Source: Abditibacteriaceae bacterium (GTDB taxonomy: Bacteria; Armatimonadota; Abditibacteriia; Abditibacteriales; Abditibacteriaceae). Taken from it: a DNA stretch of 36,883 nucleotides. Of this stretch, positions 1-8,651 are shown piece by piece (position 1 is the first letter of the stretch; every line of letters starts with the position of its first letter). A program made the translations under genes and the position numbers. The notes below the pieces were generated by a model, which saw nothing but the letters and a program-made list of their open reading frames with translations, searched no databases and was not told the origin of the DNA. The stretch is from assembly GCA_031425655.1 (NCBI GenBank), contig JANPJS010000196.1:1-36883 (forward strand), written 5' to 3'.

Positions 1-115
1 GATCGTGGCTTAACTCCGGCAGCAAGCGCGATAATCCGGTCGCGGTGGTGGCCCCGAAGGACGACAACAGGTAATCCGTGTAAAGGTCGAGCAGGCGTAA
101 GTTGTGCTTGGTCAT
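1..115 (-). CDS. IS701-family-like DDE transposase, N-terminal part (runs off the window's left edge)
   Basis: Manual minus-strand translation from ATG at 115 gives MTKHNLRLLDLYTDYLLSSFGATTATGLSRLLPELSHD, matching the LDLYTDYLxxSFGxTTATGLSxLL..SHD N-terminus I recognise from IS701-type transposases. Not in the supplied ORF track. Confidence 0.8.
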   Translation of the reverse strand, partial: MTKHNLRLLDLYTDYLLSSFGATTATGLSRLLPELSHD

Positions 116-159
116 CAGCTCTTCAGTTTCGCTACCACAAACCAACCGCGTAAGATGAG
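1..159 (-). mobile_element. End of an IS701-like insertion sequence; putative terminal inverted repeat at about 148-159
   Basis: Minus strand reads CTCATCTTACGC about 45 bp upstream of the transposase ATG, and base composition switches to AT-rich right after 159. The other end lies outside the window. Confidence 0.65.
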
Positions 160-584
160 TGAATAAAGAGCATAATCTGTGTCATTATCGCATCACTTGG
201 ACACTGGCCTCGCAAACCATGCTATTTGCAACCTTCTTCCTTATTAAGATTAACAAAGGTGGCATGAGCGATATTGTCGAAGTTATGTCGTGGTTGATTC
301 CTTCCATTGCGATTTTAATCATCATTTTGGAAACGGCAGGTATTTTCGGTGCAGTCAGTATGATGGAAATCTTTGAAACCGAACGCACTAAGCACATAAA
401 GAAGCTAAACGCAATTTTTAATACACAGATTCCTGATACAGGAGTCGAGCGCATGGGAATTTTGAAATACACAAGAACTTTTGGGAAACTGTCATATTAC
501 GCGGTTCCCCTTTTGCTGATTGTGGCTTGGGTTGTTTTGTTGGCTACCCGCTTCCAAATAGGGTTTTCCATAAAGGGGTTCTAA
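159..584 (+). pseudogene. AT-rich membrane-protein gene cassette, probably 5'-truncated by the IS
   Basis: ORF with about three hydrophobic segments. Its GTG start sits exactly at the IS junction. Visibly AT-rich and followed by an attC site. Confidence 0.55.
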
Positions 585-629
585 AATAGGAACGGCGCAC
601 ATCAAAAAGGCTGTGCGTCGTCAACAGCC

Positions 630-713
630 ACACAACAAGGCGCTGCACCCGACCGCCTACAGTCCGCTCGTTCCTCGCTCCCTTTCGGCGGCGGGTGAGC
701 TTGGTCGTTAGGC
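630..713 (+). other. attC integron cassette recombination site
   Basis: R'' ACACAAC (630-636), spacer, imperfect palindrome CTGCACCCGACCGCC...GGCGGCGGGTGAGC, and R' GTTAGGC (707-713, fits GTTRRRY). 84 bp, located between two + strand ORFs. Confidence 0.88.
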
Positions 714-744
714 CGCAGGGACATGGTCATCTAAAAGGAATCTT

Positions 745-1393
745 ATGCGAGTTGTTTTCTTGCTTGCACTGTGTTGCGCGATATTTCCGGCAAACTCCGT
801 TTTGGCGGCTGAGACTGATCCTCAAGAACTCGCCAAGCAAGCCATAAAAACTGTTGGCGGCAAAGACAAGCTTTTGAAACTGTTTCGGTTTCGTGAAAGA
901 GTTCTCGTTACTGAGACACCAGCGCCGCCGGTAACGAAAGACGAGAAAGGCAACCGTATTTCGGTCGTGCAGGTTGCTGGCGACTGGTGGATCGGCACTG
1001 CGAAGCGAGACAAGGACAAGGTGCGTGTTCTTTGCTGGGCTTGGAGCCTCCGCATCTTCCTCGACCCTAAGTCCAAGATTCAGACAGTTCCAGACATCGC
1101 GGTGGGTAACAAACCTGCGCTTGGCCTGCGAGTGACCGAGTCCGTCAACGAGCCAATTGACTTATTCTTCGATAAGGAGACGAAGCGTCTCGTCGCGATT
1201 GATTACACCGATACTCGGCACGTCTTTAGTGAGTGGAAGAAGACCGAAGATGGCCTCGATTACCCATCCCACGTGGTCGGTTTCCGCTTCGCGGACCGTA
1301 AGGCCGGGACACTCAAAGAAAAGCTAATGGTATCAAACAGATATTCTTGAGCTTACACCTCTTAAGGAGCTGCCCCTCGAACTGAAACAGTAG
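745..1393 (+). pseudogene. Secreted hypothetical protein (cassette gene) with a frameshift near 1325
   Basis: RBS AAGGA and signal peptide. ORF 745-1350 ends in KLMVSNRYS; removing one base in AAGCTAATGG gives KQWYQTDILELTPLKELPLELKQ-stop at 1391-1393, next to the second attC-like element. Confidence 0.6.
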
Positions 1394-1489
1394 CGCCGGC
1401 AAACGTCGGGGCATGAATCGTTTTTCCTGCTTGCAAACCGTCGGTGCCCTGCCGTTGCCGAAGCCGTTGCCGAACTTGGTTCGTTAAAT
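1381..1489 (+). other. Degenerate attC-like site
   Basis: Arms CGGCAAACGTCGGGGCA and TGCCCTGCCGTTGCCG, ending GAACTTGGTTCGTTAAAT (GTTRRRY at 1483-1489), similar to the 3' end of the first attC. Contains a 12-bp tandem duplication GCCGTTGCCGAA (1451-1474). The left core site is poor. Confidence 0.45.
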
Positions 1490-1529
1490 AAAACATCCGC
1501 CCTCATTTCTCGTGAAGGCGGATGTTTTT
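1490..1529. terminator. Bidirectional intrinsic terminator
   Basis: AAAACATCCGCC...GGCGGATGTTTT hairpin with A/T tails, between convergent genes. Confidence 0.75.
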
Positions 1530-1552
1530 GGTTTCGGTGCGGCGTAAACACG

Positions 1553-3091
1553 TTATTTTTTCTCGTAATCGCTGTCGTTGACCCAGCCGGTTTGCAGCTT
1601 TTCGCCCGCCATAAAGCGCTCGTAGAAGCCGACGTGACCTTTGTTGGCGTGCAAATATTCGTTAAAAACGTGGCCGCGCCCTTCCATGCGCGGGTCGCCT
1701 TGTGCGCGCAGTTCGCTTTCCATTTTGGCGCGCAATTTGGCTTGCAGAGCGGCGATTTCGGGCTTTCCGGCCATGTTGTCGATGCAATCGGGGTCGGTTT
1801 TGAGGTTGTAAAGCTCTTCGCCGGGGCGCAGGCCAAAACAGAGCGCCCAAAATTTATCGGCGGCGTCTTTGCGGTGCGCATCGAGAATGAAGGTTTTGGT
1901 GGCGCCCGCGTCGCAATCGAGATAGCCGGTTTCGGGATTTCCGGCGGGCCAGCGTTCCGGCTCGAAGTTGCGCACATACATCCAATTGTCGTGCGCGATG
2001 GCGCGCGTGGGGTAGCCCCAATCGTGCGGGCGGCCAATGTCGGTGCGTTCCTTGCCCAGCAGCACGAAATCGCGCGCGGCGGCTTTTTCGCCGCGAAAAA
2101 CATCCGTCAGGCTGCGGCCTGTTATTGAGGCCATGCCGCTTTTTTCGTGTGACAGCCCCGCCAATTCCAAAACCGTCGGCGCGATGTCTATGAAGCTCAC
2201 GAAATCGTTTTCGGCGCGTCCCGGCCTGGCAATTCCCTTCGGCCAGCGCATCGCCAGCGGGATGTGGTTGGCGTTTTCGTAAGCGTTGCCTTTCACGCGC
2301 GGAAACGGCATTCCGTGGTCGGACGTGACGAGAATCAGCGTGTTGTCCAGTTCGCCGCGCTTTTCGAGTTCGGCGATCATGCGGCCCAGATGATTATCGA
2401 AATGCTCCACTTCGTAGGCGTAGTCCAGCATGTCGTGGCGCACGGTTTCGTTGTCGGGCCAGTAGCCGGGCACGCGATCTACGTCGGAGATTTTTTTGCC
2501 GCCTTTGGCCGCGCCGGAGCCGAATTCGTAACCGCGATGCGGCTCGATGGCACCATACCAAAAGCACCACGGCTTGCCCTGCGGAGCGGCGTTGAGAAAA
2601 TCATTGAAATTCGCCGCGTAGTCGTTGTTGCTGATTTCGGGCGTGGGCGGCGCGGCTTTGCGCGCGTTGAACGGCTTGCCGGTCATCTGGCGCGGGGTGC
2701 CGTCGGCGGTTTTGGCCACGCCCGGCCCCCAACCTTTGAGCGTGTGTCCGGTGAACCAGCCGTTTTCGGCCAGGGCCTCCATCCAGCCTTTGAATTCCGG
2801 CGGAAAGTAGCAAACGTGATTGGCGGCGTCTTTGAGCTGCCACGAGTTGCGTCCGGTCAGCAAACACGCGCGCGACGGCGCGCATTTGGCGTTGGGCGTG
2901 TAGGCATTTTTAAAAAGCAAACCTTCGCGCGCCACTCGGTCGAAGGCTGGCGTTTGCACCCAGCGCGTGCCATAGGCCCCGGCGTGCAAGCCCCAATCGT
3001 CGGCCACGGCGATGAGAATATTCGGCGGCGCGGCGTGCGCTGGAAGCGTGGCGGAAAGGGCGGCGAGCAGGAGCGGAGTGCGTGTGTTCAT
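1553..3091 (-). CDS. Sulfatase (Cys-type; N-sulfoglucosamine sulfohydrolase-like)
   Basis: Signal peptide, [16 protein letters not shown] (CxPxR), [19 protein letters not shown]. Confidence 0.92.
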   Translation of the reverse strand: MNTRTPLLLAALSATLPAHAAPPNILIAVADDWGLHAGAYGTRWVQTPAFDRVAREGLLFKNAYTPNAKCAPSRACLLTGRNSWQLKDAANHVCYFPPEFKGWMEALAENGWFTGHTLKGWGPGVAKTADGTPRQMTGKPFNARKAAPPTPEISNNDYAANFNDFLNAAPQGKPWCFWYGAIEPHRGYEFGSGAAKGGKKISDVDRVPGYWPDNETVRHDMLDYAYEVEHFDNHLGRMIAELEKRGELDNTLILVTSDHGMPFPRVKGNAYENANHIPLAMRWPKGIARPGRAENDFVSFIDIAPTVLELAGLSHEKSGMASITGRSLTDVFRGEKAAARDFVLLGKERTDIGRPHDWGYPTRAIAHDNWMYVRNFEPERWPAGNPETGYLDCDAGATKTFILDAHRKDAADKFWALCFGLRPGEELYNLKTDPDCIDNMAGKPEIAALQAKLRAKMESELRAQGDPRMEGRGHVFNEYLHANKGHVGFYERFMAGEKLQTGWVNDSDYEKK

Positions 3092-3107
3092 ATCGGAATT
3101 GTTTGGA

Positions 3108-3696
3108 CTAAGCGGCGGCGGTTTTGGGGCGCCGCGTGTCCGAGGTCGGAATCCATGCGCTATTTTGAATGGCTTGCAGGCGTTTTACTTCACCGGGGCG
3201 CTGCGTCATTTGCCACTGGCCTTTCTCCTCTTGGAAAGGCGGATTACTAAAAACCTCGAAATTCTGCACCAATCCTCGCACCGGCGGCACGACTTTGTTT
3301 CGCTCCCAGCGCAGGCTCCATGTGGAAAACTTCACCCGATACCAGCCGCTCACCGGAAGATTGAAGCGGTCAATTTGCAAGCCCTTCGGCTGGTGCGCCC
3401 CGATGACTCCGGTCAGCACCGCGACGGAGTCCGCATCCGCGTCGAAATGCGCCGCCCGGTAGCAGTTCCCAAAATCATCACGAGGATTGCCCACAACACT
3501 CGTCGAGAGGCCGGACGCGAGTTCGAGGCCTTTGAGCGGAGCCGCGTTGTGAGTGGCGATTGCACTGCGCGCCGTGCCCTGACGCGCCGCCGGTTCGCGC
3601 CATGTTTTGTTTTCGGGAGCCAACGAGGGCCGTGATGGTCGGCGCCGACAGTGCGAATGCACAATGCAGCGCAGATTTGGGTTGGAGTGTTTTCAT
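3108..3696 (-). pseudogene. Degraded gene remnant, possibly an internal fragment of a DUF1592/DUF1588-type protein
   Basis: Signal-peptide-like start MKTLQPK (3696) is in a different frame from the protein-like segment ...HQPKGLQIDRFNLPVSGWYRVKFSTWSLRWE. Family assignment is weak inference. Confidence 0.3.
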
Positions 3697-3857
3697 GGGT
3701 TTGTCTTCCTTGCCGCACATGATTTAACAGGCGTCACCTCAATCGCGCGTGGCGTCGGGCGCGCCTTTCACGACACACAATTTTGATGCCCAGAGGCGGA
3801 CTTCCTAAACAACAAAGTTGCGAATTCATCGGTGTCCGGACTGCGCGAACGGTAACA

Positions 3858-5408
3858 TTAGCGCTTTGTTTCAGGTGCGGGCGTCGCTTCGAGGCCGGCA
3901 TCGAAATACTGCCCGCCTCCAGTCTGGCGGCACTGGACGGCCAGCAGATGCTTGCCCGGCTTCAGCAGCGCGGCGGCGGCGGCGTTGAGGGGAAACGATT
4001 GGTAGGCGGCGTTGAAGCCGGGCAGTTTCGCGGCCAGCACGCCGTCGAGGTAAATCTCGGCGTTTTCGTCGAAGTGTGCGGTCAGCGCGAAGTCCATGAA
4101 GTTACCGGCGGGCATTTTAAACTCGCGGCGCAGCCAGATGTCGGGGCTGTGCCACGGCGTGCGCGGTTGGCGGGCGATGTTTGGCTCCAGAGTGCCAAAA
4201 GGCGCGGGCGCGGTTTGCCAGGCCGCGTCGTCGAAGCCGGGCTTGTGCCAGTCGTCGCCGGGTTTTTCGGTGGTCATGCGCCACGAAACGGCGGTTTTTT
4301 CGGCGGTCGGCACGATGGTCATCGGCTCTGGCGGCGCGGTTTTGCTGACGCCGGTCACGAAGCGAATCAGCGCCGCCTCGCGCGATTTGTAGGGCGTGCC
4401 GTCGCGGTGCAGCACGTCGTGTTGCCACAGCGCCGGTTCAGGCGCGTTGCGCGGCGAACCCCACGGAAAATAAGTCTGGGTGCGGCCCGCCACCAGTCCC
4501 CAATGCCAGCAGCCGATTTTGCGCTCCTTGAAAAGCGGCAGAATCGCCTCGAAGGTGTTGCCGCCCTGACGGAGCAGCCATTCGGTGCAAAACACCGGGC
4601 GACCCGGCGCGGCACAGATTTTGAGCTTGGCTTCCATGCCCGCGCGGTCGTCGTAGCCGTGAAACGAGATCACGTCGGAGAGTTCCATCATGCGGCGCGA
4701 AAACGGCGAGTTGAAATCGGTCCACGGCCCCACCGTGAGCGGCTGCGTCGGCTTGGCGGCGCGTGCCCACTCGAAGGCGGCTTCCATCAGCGGCTGGCTT
4801 TTGTCGCCCATGCCGGAGTTGCCCGGCTCGTTGTAAACATCCCACACCACCACGCGCTTGTCGTCGGCAAAAGCGCCCACCATGTCGGTGACGTAGTTTT
4901 GCAGGCGCGGCCACGCCGCTTTGTCGGTGATCATCGCCAGTGGCGGGCTGGAAACCCATTAGCTGTTATGCACGCCCGGCTCCGGGTCGGGTTGTTTGCC
5001 GACAGCGGCCACGCGCCCGGCGAAGTTGCAATCGTCCAGAAGAACCGGCATCACGTTGATGCCGGTTTTTTGCGCGATGTCTAAAAAGCGGGCGAAGCGC
5101 GTTTTCAAACCTTTGGCGTCGGCTTCCCACACCACGAAATTCAGAAAAACGCGCACCGTATTGTAGCCCAGAGCTTTGGCATAGCCCAGTTCACGCGCAA
5201 TGCAGGCTTCGTCAAAAGATTCGGCCTGCCACATCTCGATGTCGTTGACAGCCGTGCTGGGCAGAAAATTGCAGCCCACCAGCCACGGCTGCGCTTCGTG
5301 CCAGCGCGCGGCTTTTTCGACTGTCCAGCGCGATGCGGCGGGTTCGGCGGCGTGAAGCGTCGTCATGCTCATCAATAATCCGGCGCATACGGCCAGTATT
5401 AATTTCAC
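3858..5408 (-). pseudogene. GH5-like (clan GH-A) glycoside hydrolase with C-terminal jelly-roll domain, split by an in-frame TAA at 4959-4961
   Basis: ORFs 4959-5408 and 3858-4934 share a frame: PGVHNS*WVSSPPLAMITDK. Motifs WDVYNEP (acid/base) and CTEW (nucleophile); C-terminal WLRREF...HFDENAEIYLDG module. Confidence 0.85.
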
Positions 5409-5411
5409 GGT

Positions 5412-6584
5412 TCATTTCGGGTCAAGTGGCGCAGCCGTATCGCTGTTCGCGGTTTTGTCACGCGCTTGCGCTTGTGCGCGGATTTCTGTCTTGGCTTGTT
5501 GCAAGCGCTCCGGCCAGAGGAACTTCGGCGCGGTCGCCGGATCGTAGCCGGCCATGTGGCCGGTGAGGCGGGAGGCGGGCTTGGTATATTTCAGAACCGT
5601 GTCGCCAAAGACCTCGCGACAGAGCGCCGCCAGCCCGGAATCGTATTCGATAAGCAACGCGCGCGTGTTCACATGATTATGGTCGTGGTCGTTCACCCGG
5701 TTGTTGTCGAACCACGATTGCACGCCTTCGGCAAAATATTCGTGACGATTGACCGAGGCGTATTTGCCCTTCCACAAGCCGGCCTTCATCGCCGCGTCGA
5801 AAGCGGCCTTCAGCCGGCGGTCGAAGGTCGCGTCCACGTTTACCAGGCCGCGCAGGTGGATGTTGTGCGCGAACTCGTGGATGAGAATGCACTCTTTTTC
5901 ATACGGATCGCCGGGGTAGCCAAGCAGGTTCTCCTCGGCGACGGAACAATACGGATCGGTTTCACTGCCGCCAAGTCCGCGTGCGCGCGCATCCCAATAA
6001 TCCTTCGGCGCCACGGTTTCAAATCCCGGCACTTTGGCCGCGCCCAACCGCGCGAACTCCGGCAGATCGGTGGTGTATTCGCCGTGCGCCATAATGCACA
6101 TCCGCGCGCCGCTTTGGATCATCGCTTTCAGCACGTCCGGGCGCTTGGCGAGCATTATTTCCACCAAGAATGCGGCTTCTTTGAGCGCGTAGGGGTTCAC
6201 TTTGGCCGAGGCGACGATGGGAAATCCATTCGCTTTTACCGTTTGCGTGTAGAACGCAGGCACGCCGCCCTGGCCCTGAGAATCGAAGCGAAAACCCTGC
6301 ACCGGAACCACGCTGGTAACCGTCGCCTTCGCGTTGCCCTCTGGCCCCACGATCTCGAAACGATGACCGAGCGTGGTGCTGATGACCGTATCCCTTCCGG
6401 GAGCGACGGAGCCATTCGGCACGCGCTCGGTGGCGGACTTGAGCCAGAGAATGTCTATGGCCTGACTGCTGCCGTTAATGATCTGCAAGCGGGGCCGCAC
6501 CGGCGCGGGCGCCTCGTCCGCCGGCAATATTTCCAGCGGCGCGAGCAGCCCCAGAGCTACAAAAAGCAACATTGCGTGTTTCAT
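5412..6584 (-). CDS. Secreted zinc metallopeptidase (HEXXH...E) with an N-terminal VHL-beta-like domain
   Basis: Signal peptide; LQIINGSSQAIDILW...VAPG...TTLGHRF (VHL-like); RGLGG, EENLL, HEFAH (5865-5879), EYFAE. Confidence 0.8.
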   Translation of the reverse strand: MKHAMLLFVALGLLAPLEILPADEAPAPVRPRLQIINGSSQAIDILWLKSATERVPNGSVAPGRDTVISTTLGHRFEIVGPEGNAKATVTSVVPVQGFRFDSQGQGGVPAFYTQTVKANGFPIVASAKVNPYALKEAAFLVEIMLAKRPDVLKAMIQSGARMCIMAHGEYTTDLPEFARLGAAKVPGFETVAPKDYWDARARGLGGSETDPYCSVAEENLLGYPGDPYEKECILIHEFAHNIHLRGLVNVDATFDRRLKAAFDAAMKAGLWKGKYASVNRHEYFAEGVQSWFDNNRVNDHDHNHVNTRALLIEYDSGLAALCREVFGDTVLKYTKPASRLTGHMAGYDPATAPKFLWPERLQQAKTEIRAQAQARDKTANSDTAAPLDPK

Positions 6585-6617
6585 GGTGGTGTTTGCGGCT
6601 TGCTGCTGAGAAGCCGC

Positions 6618-7268
6618 TCAAATCGCCAAAACCGGCACATCGGTCGGGCCGTCGCCGGTGATGTGGAGCACTTTAGCATCGGCGTCGAGAACCACAGTTC
6701 GCTCTTTCTCGAATCGCATTCCTTCGGTCGTGGTGGCGGCGAAGTTCTCGGAGAAGGTGAGTTTGAGAGTGACGACGTGGACGTTGTTGAAAGTTTTGCC
6801 GTTGAGCTTAAATTCCTTGTGGAGTTTCACGCCGGCCTGGTAGTCGAGGCGGCTGGACGGCTCCGAGTAGCGATTGAAAGTTTGCTTGCCATATTTCTCC
6901 ACCAAGTCCGAATAATAGGCGACGGCATCGCCGGTGATGGCGAAGGGAATGCGGATGCCGAGTTGTTCTTGATACCACCAAACCTTGTCGCCCTGCGGCG
7001 CGCCTTTTTCGCCGGCGGCTTTGCCCAGCGCTGCTTTTTCTGGCAGCGCCGCTTCGGCAGCGGCGATCATGGCGGACTGCTGCTTGTCGGCGGCTTCGCG
7101 GCGGATGATGACCTGATGTTTCGCCGGGTTGGCCGGGAAGTTTTTCGGCTTGGAGTCGGGCGTCTGGGCCGCGTTGGCGGTGCCGGAAAACGCGACCGAT
7201 GCCAGAAGCGCGGCGGCCAGACGGGGCAAGGCGAGGAGCAGGCTTTTTTGCGGGCGGGTGATGTTCAC
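6618..7268 (-). CDS. Secreted hypothetical protein
   Basis: GTG start with AAGGAAG RBS, signal peptide ending ANA-A, co-oriented in the cluster. Confidence 0.7.
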   Translation of the reverse strand: MNITRPQKSLLLALPRLAAALLASVAFSGTANAAQTPDSKPKNFPANPAKHQVIIRREAADKQQSAMIAAAEAALPEKAALGKAAGEKGAPQGDKVWWYQEQLGIRIPFAITGDAVAYYSDLVEKYGKQTFNRYSEPSSRLDYQAGVKLHKEFKLNGKTFNNVHVVTLKLTFSENFAATTTEGMRFEKERTVVLDADAKVLHITGDGPTDVPVLAI

Positions 7269-7431
7269 GGTGCTTCCTTTGAAAAATGGAACTCAGACAG
7301 GGCGTTTTCGCATCGAGACAAACGAAGCGCACCTGTTCAAGTTGGCGCGCTTCTGACCGGATAATCCGTGCTCGTGTTCCCAGTGCGCTTTTTGCTGCTT
7401 CCAGCTAACTGCGGATGATTGGTGCGATACC

Positions 7432-7761
7432 TCAAAGGCACCGGGGCATCTCTGGACGACGATTTTTCTGGTTGATGCGGTTGATCAAACTCCAATTCCG
7501 CGACGGTTTATCAGGCGAGGCGTCGGCGGGTTCGCGGGCCGGCAAATCGTAGCGCGTGAAGGTAAGGCTTTGCGAGGCGAGCTTATCCACATGCGGCGTT
7601 TGGATGTGCGGATGGCGCATGAATCCGTAATCCGTCCAGTGGTGATCGTCGGAGATAATTATCACGATGTTCGGGGGCGCTTTAGCTGTGGGCGGCGCCT
7701 GCGCAGCGAGAAGCGTTGCCGGCGCGATTAACAAGGCTGCGAGAGCAGATTGCAATTTCAT
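7432..7761 (-). pseudogene. Truncated sulfatase (N-terminus only)
   Basis: Signal peptide plus PPNIVIIISDDHHWTDYGFMRHPHIQTPHVDKLASQSLTFTR. Similarity ends near 7550, before the CxPxR motif. Confidence 0.8.
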
Positions 7762-7784
7762 AGTCTGGATAGCCTCTCGATGCT

Positions 7785-8651
7785 TCAATTGCCATCCAAT
7801 GCAGCCAGCCAGCCCAGCGAAACTAAAAATTCATCAGCAGCCTGCAAGGTTTCGGTGCGATCCGGCGGCGCGTTGAAAAAGCCGTGGCCTTTGCCCTCGA
7901 AGAACTTCGCTTCGCAACGCGCACCTGCGACGGTCATGGCGCGCTGAAATTTCTCAACAGTCGCAACCGAAATCAATTGATCGCGCGTGCCCAGAAACAC
8001 AATCGCCGGCGGCGCGCCGGGCGCGATGTTGTGCGCGGGTGAATACTCTTTATAACGCTCTTTCACACGCTCATAACCATACTCTCCCGGCCCGTTATCG
8101 AACACAGGATTGAACAGCATTAAGGCCTGCGGCTTAGGCGAAATTGTTAAATCATCCTTCGCATCGTCCAGCCCTGCGATTAATGCTGTGCAGGCCGCTA
8201 AATGGCCGCCCGCCGAGCCGCCACCCGCCGCGATACGCTGCGGGTCAACACCCAACTCTGCCGCATGAGAACGCACCCAACGCATCGCCGATTTGGCGTC
8301 TTGAATACAAATCAGTGGCGGCTCACCGTCCTTAGCCTTGAGCAGGCGATATTGCACCTGAATGCACACCAGGCCACGCTCCGCAAAGTGCTGACTTTGC
8401 GCGTTGAACTGCGATGGCGTGCCCCCTACCCAGCCTCCGCCGTGAAAGAAGACAATCGCAGCGCGGCGATCTGTGGCTTGAGAATCCTGCGGCTTGAGAA
8501 TCCATAAACGCAGCTCCTGCTCGCCAACTTTTTTGTAAACCTGCGGCACACCGACCGGCATCAGAGTCGCTTTTGCAGGCGCGGCCTGTGTTTGTGAGAG
8601 CAGCATAAACAAGACACCGAGTATCGGCAGAAACGCCGTGACGAATTTCAT
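7785..8651 (-). CDS. Secreted alpha/beta hydrolase (HSL-like carbohydrate/acetyl esterase)
   Basis: HGGGW, GGSAGGHL (GxSxG), GTRD, GKGHGF; start overlaps the upstream sulfatase stop (ATGA). Confidence 0.9.
   Translation of the reverse strand: MKFVTAFLPILGVLFMLLSQTQAAPAKATLMPVGVPQVYKKVGEQELRLWILKPQDSQATDRRAAIVFFHGGGWVGGTPSQFNAQSQHFAERGLVCIQVQYRLLKAKDGEPPLICIQDAKSAMRWVRSHAAELGVDPQRIAAGGGSAGGHLAACTALIAGLDDAKDDLTISPKPQALMLFNPVFDNGPGEYGYERVKERYKEYSPAHNIAPGAPPAIVFLGTRDQLISVATVEKFQRAMTVAGARCEAKFFEGKGHGFFNAPPDRTETLQAADEFLVSLGWLAALDGN

Noticed and set aside
4959..4961. Stop-codon reassignment or programmed read-through
   Set aside because: TAA terminates many intact genes in this window; a single CAA-to-TAA change or a sequencing error is simpler.
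3783..5084. 433-aa + strand ORF (likewise 2264-3250, 23881-24948, 29488-30798)
   Set aside because: Antisense to recognisable genes, with Arg/Gly/Val-rich composition typical of shadow frames.
5466..7364. 632-aa + strand ORF
   Set aside because: Antisense shadow of two well-supported minus-strand genes in GC-rich DNA; no motifs.
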